Shown here: positions 27,397 to 35,952 of the stretch, piece after piece
Layout of the letters: every line of letters begins with the position of its first letter
How positions within the stretch are numbered: the stretch's first letter is position 1
Assembly: GCA_916720745.1 (NCBI GenBank)
Contig: CAKARX010000001.1
Span: 1-59,979 of the forward strand
Direction of reading: 5' to 3'
DNA: 59,979 nt
Source of the DNA: an uncultured Atopobium sp.
GTDB taxonomy: Bacteria; Actinomycetota; Coriobacteriia; Coriobacteriales; Atopobiaceae
The notes under the pieces: model-generated
What the model saw: the letters and a program-made list of their open reading frames with translations, nothing else
What the model was told of the DNA's origin: nothing
Database searches by the model: none
Made by a program: the position numbers and the translations under genes

Positions 27397-29511
27397 TTAT
27401 TTTTCTGGACGGCCCTGAAGAGCCTTAAGTCCAATATCGTGCCTGAGCTGCTTACCTTCAAAGTTGATCAGATCACAGGCCTCGTATGCACGAGCGCGAG
27501 CTTCCTCAAAAGTTGGAGCAAGCGCAGTAACGTTGAGCACGCGACCGCCAGCAGTAACAATCTTTCCGTCTTCAGTCTGAGCAGTTCCTGCGTGATAGAC
27601 AGAGACGCCCTCAAGCTGCTGAGCAGCCTCGATACCAGTAATCTCCTTACCCTTCTCGTAGGAGCCAGGATATCCAGCACTTGCAAGAACAACAGAAACA
27701 GCAACTGTATCCGACCAGGAAACCTGCTGATGACGAAGGGTGCCGTTGTCACAAGCCATCAAAATTGAAACCAAGTCTCCCTCAAGGCGAGGCAACACAA
27801 CCTGAGTCTCTGGATCACCAAAGCGAGCGTTGAACTCAAGAACCTTAGGACCGTCTTTGGTCAGCATAAATCCGCCGTAAAGGCAGCCGGAATAGTTGAT
27901 ACCCTCTTTTTTGAGCTGGTCAACAACGCGCTGCTCAATGGCAATCATCTGGGAAAGCTCTTCGTCAGTCACAAAAGGAACAGGGGAATAGACGCCCATG
28001 CCACCGGTGTTAGGACCCTTATCGTCGTCGTATGCGCGCTTGTGATCCTGGGCCGTTGCCAGCGGAACAACGTACGTTCCATCGGTCAGCGCAAGCAAGG
28101 AGCACTCTGGTCCCTCAAGGAACTCCTCGACAACAACGGTTGCTCCCGCATCGCCAAAATGGCCGGAGAAACACTCGCGAATGCCCTCAAGGGCCTGCTC
28201 AAGCTCAGTTGCAACGATAACACCCTTACCTGCAGCAAGACCGTCTGCCTTAACAACTACAGGAGCACCGATGTGGCGAACATACGCCTCACAAGACGCC
28301 TGGTCTGTGAAAGACTTCCATGCAGCAGTTGGAACGTTTGCTCGCTCCATAACGCCCTTGGCAAACGCCTTTGAGCCTTCCATCTGCGCTGCATTCTGGT
28401 TAGGGCCAAAGCATGCAATACCGGCCTGACGGACGGCATCTGCAACACCCACAACAAGAGGTGCCTCAGGGCCAATGACTACCAGGCCAATGCCTTTTTC
28501 CTTGGCAAACGCGACAACCTCATCAGGGTTATTTTGATCAATGGGAGCAACCTCTGCCTGAGCAGCCATGCCACCATTGCCTGGAGCAACGTAATTTTTT
28601 CCTGCGCGCGAAGACTCCTGCAGCTTTGTCAGGAGCGCGTGCTCGCGACCGCCCGCACCAAGCAACAAAATATCAACGGTGTCATTCATAAGTACTCCAG
28701 CCTTCTGATACAACGCCTTTGGGATACAAGCAACGCCAACAGAGCCTTCTCCCAGGCTCTTCTTAAACTCAGGGGAAGCAAGTCTTTCTGCAATACATTC
28801 TGCATCATATTCGTTGGTTTTAAGCGGCTTTTTGAGATGCTTTTGTATGCGTTTCTCGCCACTTGAAATCACTACATACTTGAGCTCGCCGCGTTTTACA
28901 AAACACGCGCTCATAAGGCGAGAAATTCTTGCTGCTAGATCAGTAAAATCTGACGAGCGAGCAACCTCTGTGCATTTTCCGCCAACCAAACGATACAGAT
29001 ACATATCGTTTGAGATGCGCCTATGCAAACGCTCAAGTCGAAGTCGCAACGAAAGCCTGGGGCGTTTGTCCTTGCTTTTATGCAGAGCAACCTTATTCAT
29101 TGCGATATACATTGTGGCAACTACCTCGGAAAGTTCGTGTGCGTATGCGCAGGATGCCTCAAAAGAAGCTCCGGATGCTCTTGCCACACTTAAGCGCTCA
29201 AGCATGATTCCCATGGCGGTAGGCATATTTCCACTATCTACCAGGCAAGTTGAGCTTGAGATATCAGGATTATTCTGACAAGCCTTTTGTGCCGTAAGAA
29301 GCGAATCAGAGAAATCTGCCAACACATGGAGCGAGAGAATCTTTTGAGCTCCGGACTCAAAAATGCTTCGGTAAAACTCGCCTACCTGGTCAGCATCTGA
29401 ACTCAAAGCTCCAGGTATTACAGAAACCCCCAGGGCTTCAAGCTGGGAAGCTTCAAGCCCACAGGGGTTATCGCAAACTATTGCAAAAGTCGAGCAGTCC
29501 GAAGACGCCAC
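27397..29511 (-). CDS. purD: Phosphoribosylamine-glycine ligase with N-terminal DegV-like domain
   Basis: Residues 275-704 carry GAGGREHAL, GPEAPL, VKADGLAAGKGV, QDHKR, GPNTGGMG and EFNARFGDPE. Residues 1-274 resemble a degenerate DegV fold. Confidence 0.9.
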   Translation of the reverse strand: MASSDCSTFAIVCDNPCGLEASQLEALGVSVIPGALSSDADQVGEFYRSIFESGAQKILSLHVLADFSDSLLTAQKACQNNPDISSSTCLVDSGNMPTAMGIMLERLSVARASGASFEASCAYAHELSEVVATMYIAMNKVALHKSKDKRPRLSLRLRLERLHRRISNDMYLYRLVGGKCTEVARSSDFTDLAARISRLMSACFVKRGELKYVVISSGEKRIQKHLKKPLKTNEYDAECIAERLASPEFKKSLGEGSVGVACIPKALYQKAGVLMNDTVDILLLGAGGREHALLTKLQESSRAGKNYVAPGNGGMAAQAEVAPIDQNNPDEVVAFAKEKGIGLVVIGPEAPLVVGVADAVRQAGIACFGPNQNAAQMEGSKAFAKGVMERANVPTAAWKSFTDQASCEAYVRHIGAPVVVKADGLAAGKGVIVATELEQALEGIRECFSGHFGDAGATVVVEEFLEGPECSLLALTDGTYVVPLATAQDHKRAYDDDKGPNTGGMGVYSPVPFVTDEELSQMIAIEQRVVDQLKKEGINYSGCLYGGFMLTKDGPKVLEFNARFGDPETQVVLPRLEGDLVSILMACDNGTLRHQQVSWSDTVAVSVVLASAGYPGSYEKGKEITGIEAAQQLEGVSVYHAGTAQTEDGKIVTAGGRVLNVTALAPTFEEARARAYEACDLINFEGKQLRHDIGLKALQGRPEK

Positions 29512-29514
29512 GGG

Positions 29515-30795
29515 TTACCTCCAGTAGCGGTCGATTGTCTGCTCGCGATCTGGACCAACGGTGATGATAGAAACGCGTACACCAGCAAGCTGCTCCAGGA
29601 AGTCAATGTAGTCCTTAGCCTCACGAGGCAGCTGATAGAAGTTGCGAACGTTAGAGATATCGCACTTCCAACCAGGAAGAGTCTCGTACACAGGCTTTGC
29701 GTGATAGAAAACGCTCTGGTGCTCTGGAACGGTCTTGTAAATCTTGCCGTCGCACTCATATGCGACGCAGACCTTAATCTCGTCCAGGCAACCAAGGACG
29801 TCAAGCTTAGTGATTGCAAGGTCAGTGAGGCCATTGATACGAGCAGCGTAGTTAACAACTACAGCGTCATACCAACCACAGCGGCGCTTACGACCAGTAG
29901 TTACACCGTACTCATGGCCAACTTCGCCGAGAAGATCGCCTGTCTCGTCAAAGAGCTCTGTTGGGAATGGACCAGAACCAACGCGTGTGAGGTAAGCCTT
30001 TGCAATGCCCAAAACGCGGTCAATGTTGGTTGGACCAACGCCGGAACCAGTAACCGCGCCACCAGCGGTGCAGTTAGAAGAGGTAACAAATGGATAGGTG
30101 CCGTGGTCAATATCAAGCATGGTAGCCTGGGCGCCCTCAAAGAGGATGTTCTTTCCAGCCTCAAGTTCTTCGTTGAGGAAGAGAGAAGACTCAACAATGT
30201 AAGGACGAATGCGATCTGCATAAGGCAGGTAGGTCTCGCAAATCTGATCAACGGTATAGGTTGGAAGACCATACACAAGGCTCAAGATTGGATTTGTGTA
30301 CTCAAGTGCAGCCTCAAGCTTCTTGCGGAAGATTTTCTCGTCAAGCATGTCCTGAATACGAAGACCAGTGCGGTTCATCTTGTCCATATAAGTTGGGCCG
30401 ACACCGCGCTTGGTGGTGCCGATGAGGTTCTTGCCCAGCTTTTTCTCATGCACGCCATCAAGATCTTTGTGATAAGGCATAACAATGTGAGCGTTGCCGG
30501 AAATCTTAAGAAGATCGCAGGAAATACCCTTGCTCTCCAGCATGTCAATCTCGCCGAGAAGAACCTCTGGATCAACAATACAGCCATTGCCAATAACTGG
30601 ATAGGTATTCTCATACATAACGCCAGATGGAACCTGGTGAAGTGCAAGCTTTGTGTCTCCAGCAATTACCGTGTGGCCTGCATTTGCACCACCTGCGTAA
30701 CGGCAAACAACGTCAAAATCTCCGGAAATGAGGTCGGTAACTTTACCCTTACCCTCGTCTCCCCACTGAGCACCAACAAGTACGGAAGCTGGCAT
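29515..30795 (-). CDS. purA: Adenylosuccinate synthetase
   Basis: GAQWGDEGKGK, GGANAGHT, EGAQ, GTYPFVTSS and GVTTGRKRRCGW. Confidence 0.97.
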   Translation of the reverse strand: MPASVLVGAQWGDEGKGKVTDLISGDFDVVCRYAGGANAGHTVIAGDTKLALHQVPSGVMYENTYPVIGNGCIVDPEVLLGEIDMLESKGISCDLLKISGNAHIVMPYHKDLDGVHEKKLGKNLIGTTKRGVGPTYMDKMNRTGLRIQDMLDEKIFRKKLEAALEYTNPILSLVYGLPTYTVDQICETYLPYADRIRPYIVESSLFLNEELEAGKNILFEGAQATMLDIDHGTYPFVTSSNCTAGGAVTGSGVGPTNIDRVLGIAKAYLTRVGSGPFPTELFDETGDLLGEVGHEYGVTTGRKRRCGWYDAVVVNYAARINGLTDLAITKLDVLGCLDEIKVCVAYECDGKIYKTVPEHQSVFYHAKPVYETLPGWKCDISNVRNFYQLPREAKDYIDFLEQLAGVRVSIITVGPDREQTIDRYWR

Positions 30796-30936
30796 AAGTT
30801 CTCCCCTATCGCAGCTATCTACAAACACGACCATTACATGACGGTTGCAACCTCTTTAGGGGTTGCTTCATAAGTATATCTAATACCGCTGGCAAAAGCA
30901 CAGAAGCGCGAAGGTTTTGTCACACATAAGAAACGA

Positions 30937-32376
30937 TTAGTGTGCTGGGTTTGCCATTGCGGCGTACTGAGCGGCTTCGCTTTCTGAGTAGTTATTTCCC
31001 TGGTAAAGCTCAACAAACTTGGTAGAAGTTGGCATAAACATGACAGGAACATCCCTCAAAGCACCTGCACGGTTCTTTGCAACAATGATGTTAGTAACAT
31101 CTTTATCAGGACGATCTTCACGCGCGGCTTCTTCATCGCTCAGCGAACGGTCAAGCAGCAAAACAATATCTGCATCCTGCTCGATAGCGCCGGACTCACG
31201 CAGGTCAGAAAGCTGTGGGCGCTTGCCGTTTCTGTTCTCAAGCGTACGGTTGAGCTGAGAAAGTGCAATAACAGGCGCTTTAAGGTCTTTAGCCATGATC
31301 TTAATGCCACGAGACATCTCGGAAACCTCAGTTGCACGACTGTCTGCACGGCCCTTCTCGGCTGGTGGAGAAAGTAGCTGAAGGTAGTCGATGATAATGA
31401 CGCCCTTCTCAGCCTTATTAAGCATTCTGCGGGCTTTTGCGCGGATTTCTGTGACTGTTGTGCCTGGAGTATCGTCAACGATGATTTTAAGGCGAGAAAT
31501 GCGCTCTGCTGCCTCCAGAAGGGTAGGCCACTGCTCATTTCTGATGTTGGAAGAGCGGATGGTCTGCAAATCAACCTTTGACTCAGAAGCCAAAAGCCTC
31601 TGAGCAATCTCGATCTTGCTCATCTCAAGCGAGAAGAGCGCAACAGTTGCACCAGATACTGCGGCGTTATAAGCCATGCTAAGCGCAAAAGAAGTCTTAC
31701 CGACACCAGGACGAGCGCCAATAACAACCATCTGACCTGGACGAAGACCCTGGAAGAGGTTATCAAGGGTTGCAAATCCAGTTTGGACACCCAGCTCTGC
31801 CGCGTCTTTACCAGCGTTTTGCTGAAGCTCATCAAAGAGATCAGTCATGATGTCTTCAATGCCCTGCTCAGACTGCTGAACATCTCTGTTGGTTACATCA
31901 AAAATAAGCTTCTCTGCCTGGTCAACAACTTGCTTTGTGTCTTCTGGAGCGTTGTAGGCAAGCGCAGAAATTTTTGCAGAAGCACTGATCATCTTTCTGA
32001 GCGTAGTATCACGATGCAGCATGTTGGCATGGTTTTCCCAACCGACCATAGCAAGTGGGTTATTTCCAAGCTCTGCTAAACGGACAGCTCCTCCAGCGCG
32101 TTCAAACTTGCCGTTGCTCTTAAGGTGGTCAGCAAGCGAAATGACGTCTACCGGCTTATTATTGTCAAACAGTGACTTAATTGCCTCAAAAATAAGCTGA
32201 TTGGATGGAATATAGAAATCCTCGGAAGAAAGCCTAATAAGGCATTCTCCCCTAATTTCTTCCGAGAGAATCATTGCAGAAAGAATGGAAAACTCGGCAT
32301 CAGAATCTTGTGGCATAGAGGCGTTCTCTAGGGCCGTCAATTGCGTAGGATTCATCTCAAACGAGTCTTGTGCCAT
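30937..32376 (-). CDS. dnaB: Replicative DNA helicase
   Basis: ARPGVGKT, FSLEM, IDYLQL, LSQLNR, SDLRESGAIEQDAD and KNRAG. Confidence 0.96.
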   Translation of the reverse strand: MAQDSFEMNPTQLTALENASMPQDSDAEFSILSAMILSEEIRGECLIRLSSEDFYIPSNQLIFEAIKSLFDNNKPVDVISLADHLKSNGKFERAGGAVRLAELGNNPLAMVGWENHANMLHRDTTLRKMISASAKISALAYNAPEDTKQVVDQAEKLIFDVTNRDVQQSEQGIEDIMTDLFDELQQNAGKDAAELGVQTGFATLDNLFQGLRPGQMVVIGARPGVGKTSFALSMAYNAAVSGATVALFSLEMSKIEIAQRLLASESKVDLQTIRSSNIRNEQWPTLLEAAERISRLKIIVDDTPGTTVTEIRAKARRMLNKAEKGVIIIDYLQLLSPPAEKGRADSRATEVSEMSRGIKIMAKDLKAPVIALSQLNRTLENRNGKRPQLSDLRESGAIEQDADIVLLLDRSLSDEEAAREDRPDKDVTNIIVAKNRAGALRDVPVMFMPTSTKFVELYQGNNYSESEAAQYAAMANPAH

Positions 32377-32477
32377 CGTCTTTTTCCAATCATGTTTTTT
32401 GGGAATGAATCTGAATGGTAGTGTACTTTTCAAAAAAATAAAGAGTCATTTTGGCTTGCAAAATTCGAAAAGTTAAG

Positions 32478-32834
32478 TCTTCAACATGATTTTCCAAAAC
32501 TCGCATACCCTGAGCGGGATTTCCTTGAGTTTTCAACGTTTTCAACATTTTTTGGACTTTTTTCGACACGTGGTATTTTCTACACAATTGCTTATCTGCA
32601 GTTATACAAATCAAATTACAATTCCGCAGGTTAAGTGAATATGTTTTACATAACATTTTGAATAACCGCAGGTAGAGTATAAGAAAATATACCGTTCTGT
32701 CTACACATAAAAAGACCACCCCTTTGTTATGTTTCACAAAGGGGTGGTTCGAACAAACATTCCATTCTTTTCAGATGGCTGCGCTTTTTATAAAAGCTTA
32801 CAAATCTGTAGAAAACTGCAGAAATTGTATAAAC
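32478..32834. promoter_or_regulatory. Cluster of TTTTCNACA-type (variant DnaA-box-like) 9-mers upstream of dnaB
   Basis: TCTTCAACA 32478, TTTTCAACG 32530, TTTTCAACA 32539, TTTTCGACA 32560, TTTTCTACA 32576; inverted TTTTCTACA 32807-32815 and GTTTATACA near 32826. Confidence 0.55.
32709..32750 (-). terminator. Intrinsic terminator of the rpsF-ssb-rpsR-yybS-rplI operon
   Basis: ACCACCCCTTTGT / ACAAAGGGGTGGT stem with A-tract on the left. Confidence 0.82.
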
Positions 32835-32877
32835 CACCAAAAAATGCAGGAGAACTGTGTTTTATGCATGCATAAAA

Positions 32878-33402
32878 CTACTCTGCGGGCTCAACCTCAA
32901 CCTCGACGGTTGCCTCAGCGACAACCTCCTCGGTCTCCTCCTCTGCAGGAGCAGCATCGTCCTCGCCAACAAGAACAACGACGGTAGCGGTAATGTCACG
33001 ATAAAGCTCAATGGTGACATTGTGGCGACCAGCGGTCTTGATAGCAGCGCTACGAGCAATGCGCTTACGATCAACGGTGACGTTGAGCTGTGCCTCGATT
33101 GCATCAGCAATCTGAGCGGTGGTGACGGAGCCAAAGAGCTGGCCCTCCTCGCCGATGCGAGCGTCAACAGTTACGAGCTTGCCATCAAGAGCTGCCTTGG
33201 TAGCATTTGCGTCAGCAATACGCTGCTCTTCGCGCTTAGCGATATTGTGACGACGCTCCTCAAGCTGCTTGATGTTACCCGGTGTAGCAGGCTGGGCAAT
33301 CTTGTTGGGGAACAGGAAGTTCTCCGCATAACCCTGTGCGACCTCTACGATGTCGCCTTCGCCGCCCTTACCGCGAAGCTCGCCCAAGAGAATAACTTTC
33401 AT
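32878..33402 (-). CDS. rplI: 50S ribosomal protein L9 with acidic C-terminal tail
   Basis: MKVIL..GDIVEVAQGYAENFLFP and LFGSVT. Confidence 0.95.
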   Translation of the reverse strand: MKVILLGELRGKGGEGDIVEVAQGYAENFLFPNKIAQPATPGNIKQLEERRHNIAKREEQRIADANATKAALDGKLVTVDARIGEEGQLFGSVTTAQIADAIEAQLNVTVDRKRIARSAAIKTAGRHNVTIELYRDITATVVVLVGEDDAAPAEEETEEVVAEATVEVEVEPAE

Positions 33403-33434
33403 GGGAAACTCCTTTGATGAGTCGATGGTATCGA

Positions 33435-34493
33435 CTAGTTGTTGTTTATCGTAGGCTCTGAATCCTGGCTTCCTGAGCGATTAAGCTTTCGGAAGTTTGC
33501 CCAGGCATCAATAAGTCCTACGAGAGCCATAACGCCTAACTGAACTTCTAGCATGCCTGCCAATACAAACAGTGACAGAGAAAGTGCTGGCGAGAAGTGC
33601 TTCTCGCGCACAAACCATGTGAGCACTGCAAGGCCCTGAAGAGCAAAAACAACTCTAAGAGCCATAAATACGTTCAGCGTAATTAGCTGAAGTAAGTCTT
33701 GAGCAGGCAAAATGGTGCTTGAAAGTGCATACACAAACAAGTTGGCCACGGTAAGAGCACACATCCAAAATGGAACGTCCATCAGCTGGAACTGTGGCAA
33801 TTTCTGTGGGTCTCTTGTCAGTGCTTTATACACTGTTCGAGCTCCAAAACGCGCAATTACAAAATATAAAAGCGCCATGCCGGTATAGCTGGTTGGCCAA
33901 AAGAGCATAAAGAGCGCCTTTGCAGTTGAAAGACCCTCTTGGATCTCTGGAGAAGCACCTGAGACCTGCGAAGCGTATTGATTAAACACGCTCTGAGCAA
34001 GCTCGGGAAGACTTGTTCCTGCCATCGCGGCAAAGAATGCATCGTATCCCAGAAGTGCTAAAGCCGTTGCCCCTACAAGAAGAGATCCAACACCAACAGT
34101 GAGTTTCTCTGTTGCAAAAGCGTAGCCAACTCCAAGAGCAAGTGCGCAAGCGGTAACTGAAGTTGCCGCTTCCGTTGGTCCCGAGAGCAAATAAGCTGCT
34201 ACACCTGTAACAAGTACAGAAGTAATAGCGGGACCAAACCATCCGTGCCCTTTTTTGCAATAGACAGCAATTACCATGCCATACGCAACCAAAGCAGCTC
34301 CAATAAAAGAAAGGAGCCCGGTAATTACTCCACCAACAACGCAAAGTATAAATCCTTGCTTGTTTGTTGGAGCCTCAAACGGACGCGGTTTGCCTCCGTT
34401 TTGGTTGCTTGGACCGGCAACATTCTGCGAGCTACTCTCTGGGCGAGAATACCCTTCAGGTGCCTGAGGAATATTTGAATCCGGTCTATCCAT
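33435..34493 (-). CDS. DUF2232 (YybS-like) membrane protein
   Basis: Multi-TM protein with LQGLAV and GLIDAWANFRK motifs, in the conserved position between rpsR and rplI. Confidence 0.78.
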   Translation of the reverse strand: MDRPDSNIPQAPEGYSRPESSSQNVAGPSNQNGGKPRPFEAPTNKQGFILCVVGGVITGLLSFIGAALVAYGMVIAVYCKKGHGWFGPAITSVLVTGVAAYLLSGPTEAATSVTACALALGVGYAFATEKLTVGVGSLLVGATALALLGYDAFFAAMAGTSLPELAQSVFNQYASQVSGASPEIQEGLSTAKALFMLFWPTSYTGMALLYFVIARFGARTVYKALTRDPQKLPQFQLMDVPFWMCALTVANLFVYALSSTILPAQDLLQLITLNVFMALRVVFALQGLAVLTWFVREKHFSPALSLSLFVLAGMLEVQLGVMALVGLIDAWANFRKLNRSGSQDSEPTINNN

Positions 34494-34525
34494 TGCTAAC
34501 CAACTCTACCTAAAGAACAGATAGG

Positions 34526-34798
34526 TTATCCGCGACTACGGCCACCGCGGCTGGAAACCACAGGGACAGTGTAGGGCAGAAGTGCCATCTCGCGTGCGCG
34601 CTTGATAGCAAGTGCAATGTCGTGCTGGTGCTGCGTGCAGGTGCCAGTGACGCGACGAGGCTTAATCTTGCCACGGTCGGTCATGTACTTACGAAGAAGC
34701 TGAGTATCTTTGTAATCGATGAACTCAGTCTCCTCCTTGCAGAACTGGCAATACTTGCGACGCGGCTGGCGCTGGAAATCTTGTTTCTGCTGAGCCAT
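34526..34798 (-). CDS. rpsR: 30S ribosomal protein S18
   Basis: [19 protein letters not shown] and [13 protein letters not shown]. Confidence 0.97.
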   Translation of the reverse strand: MAQQKQDFQRQPRRKYCQFCKEETEFIDYKDTQLLRKYMTDRGKIKPRRVTGTCTQHQHDIALAIKRAREMALLPYTVPVVSSRGGRSRG

Positions 34799-34846
34799 GT
34801 CTTTTACCTTTCAGATGACAGTAACGTCTGTGTTGCTGTCTGACGT

Positions 34847-35299
34847 TTAAAACGGAATATCAGCATCGTAGAACTCCTCGTCTGGCGGAGCCGGAACGGG
34901 AGCGGGTGCCTGTGGAGTTGGAGCTGCATAAGATGGTGCGCCCTGTGACATAGGGGCTCCACCCTGCTGATTCCTAGAAAGGAACTCGACCTCATCGACA
35001 ACAACCTCAAGCTTGCTGCGACGCTGTCCTTCCTTCGTCTCCCAGGAGCTGAAACGAAGCTTGCCTTCAATAGCAACCTTCGAACCCTTGGAGAGGAAGC
35101 GGGAAAGTGCTTCAGCACGCTGACCAAATACTACGCAGTCTACGAAGTTAGGAACATCTTCCCACTCACCAGTCTGCTGGTTCCTGCGACGATCGTTAAC
35201 CGCAACGCCAAAGGATAGAATCTGGGTACCGCCTGCTGTGGAGCGAAGCTCCGGGTCACGGGTCAGGTTGCCCGAAATGTTAACCCTGTTAATACTCAT
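34847..35299 (-). CDS. ssb: Single-stranded DNA-binding protein
   Basis: NRVNISGNLTRDPELR and C-terminal DADIPF. Confidence 0.96.
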   Translation of the reverse strand: MSINRVNISGNLTRDPELRSTAGGTQILSFGVAVNDRRRNQQTGEWEDVPNFVDCVVFGQRAEALSRFLSKGSKVAIEGKLRFSSWETKEGQRRSKLEVVVDEVEFLSRNQQGGAPMSQGAPSYAAPTPQAPAPVPAPPDEEFYDADIPF

Positions 35300-35351
35300 A
35301 AATCTCACTACCTCTCATCGTGGAATAATTCCACTTTTCCATTACAAGGAC

Positions 35352-35645
35352 TTAGTCCTTATCGACTCGACGCACGATCATGTGACGCTTAACAGCATCA
35401 TTGATTCGCAGGACTCGATCGAGCTCTGCAATCTGCGTTGGATCTGCATGGAAATTGATGAGGGTATAGTCACCCTCGGTAAGATCGTCGATCTCAAAAG
35501 CAAGCTTACGCTTACCCCAATCCTCGACGCTGTCGACTACTCCGCCGTCAGTGGTGATAGCAACGTCAATACGCTTCATTACACCAGCGCGGACTTCCTC
35601 GGTGGAAGCTGGGTCAACAAAAAACAGCAGTTCATAGGCCTTCAT
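35352..35645 (-). CDS. rpsF: 30S ribosomal protein S6
   Basis: MKAYE, WGKRKLAFEI and ELDRVLRI..VKRHMI. Confidence 0.96.
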   Translation of the reverse strand: MKAYELLFFVDPASTEEVRAGVMKRIDVAITTDGGVVDSVEDWGKRKLAFEIDDLTEGDYTLINFHADPTQIAELDRVLRINDAVKRHMIVRRVDKD

Positions 35646-35706
35646 ATTGTCACCTCCTCTGGGCTAATGGCTTCGGGAAGTGAAGGTGCACCCGAAGCAG
35701 GAAAGT
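35646..35706 (-). ncRNA. S6:S18 ribosomal protein leader (cis-regulatory RNA)
   Basis: CUUUCCU pairs with the AGAGGAGG SD region; inner stem GCUUCGGG/CCCGAAGC followed by CA-UUAG-CCC. This is the known S6:S18 leader layout, directly upstream of rpsF. Confidence 0.7.
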
Positions 35707-35896
35707 TCGACCAAGCATCATACCACATAAATGCTTAAATACGAAACTAGCCCACAAACTTTCTCACATGCAGTCCACATATATAGCTTAAATTGGCAAT
35801 TTGTCGCCTAATTGTCTTTAATCTTGCAAAGATTTGACGCGAATCTTTCTAAGGTATGGTCAAACACTTAATTCAAATAACACGTGATTAAATAAG

Positions 35897-35934
35897 AAAA
35901 ACGGCCATCACACAATCTGCATGATGGCCGTTTT
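35897..35934 (-). terminator. Intrinsic terminator
   Basis: AAAACGGCCATCA / TGATGGCCGTTTT inverted repeat. Confidence 0.8.
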
Positions 35935-35952
35935 GTTTATATGTGCTCTACA

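Noticed and set aside
29701..30873. 390-aa antisense ORF opposite purA
   Set aside because: Shadow frame expected from codon bias; no motifs or RBS.
32390..32737. 115-aa ORF in the rplI-dnaB gap
   Set aside because: It starts inside the terminator hairpin and has atypical composition; the region is better explained as regulatory.
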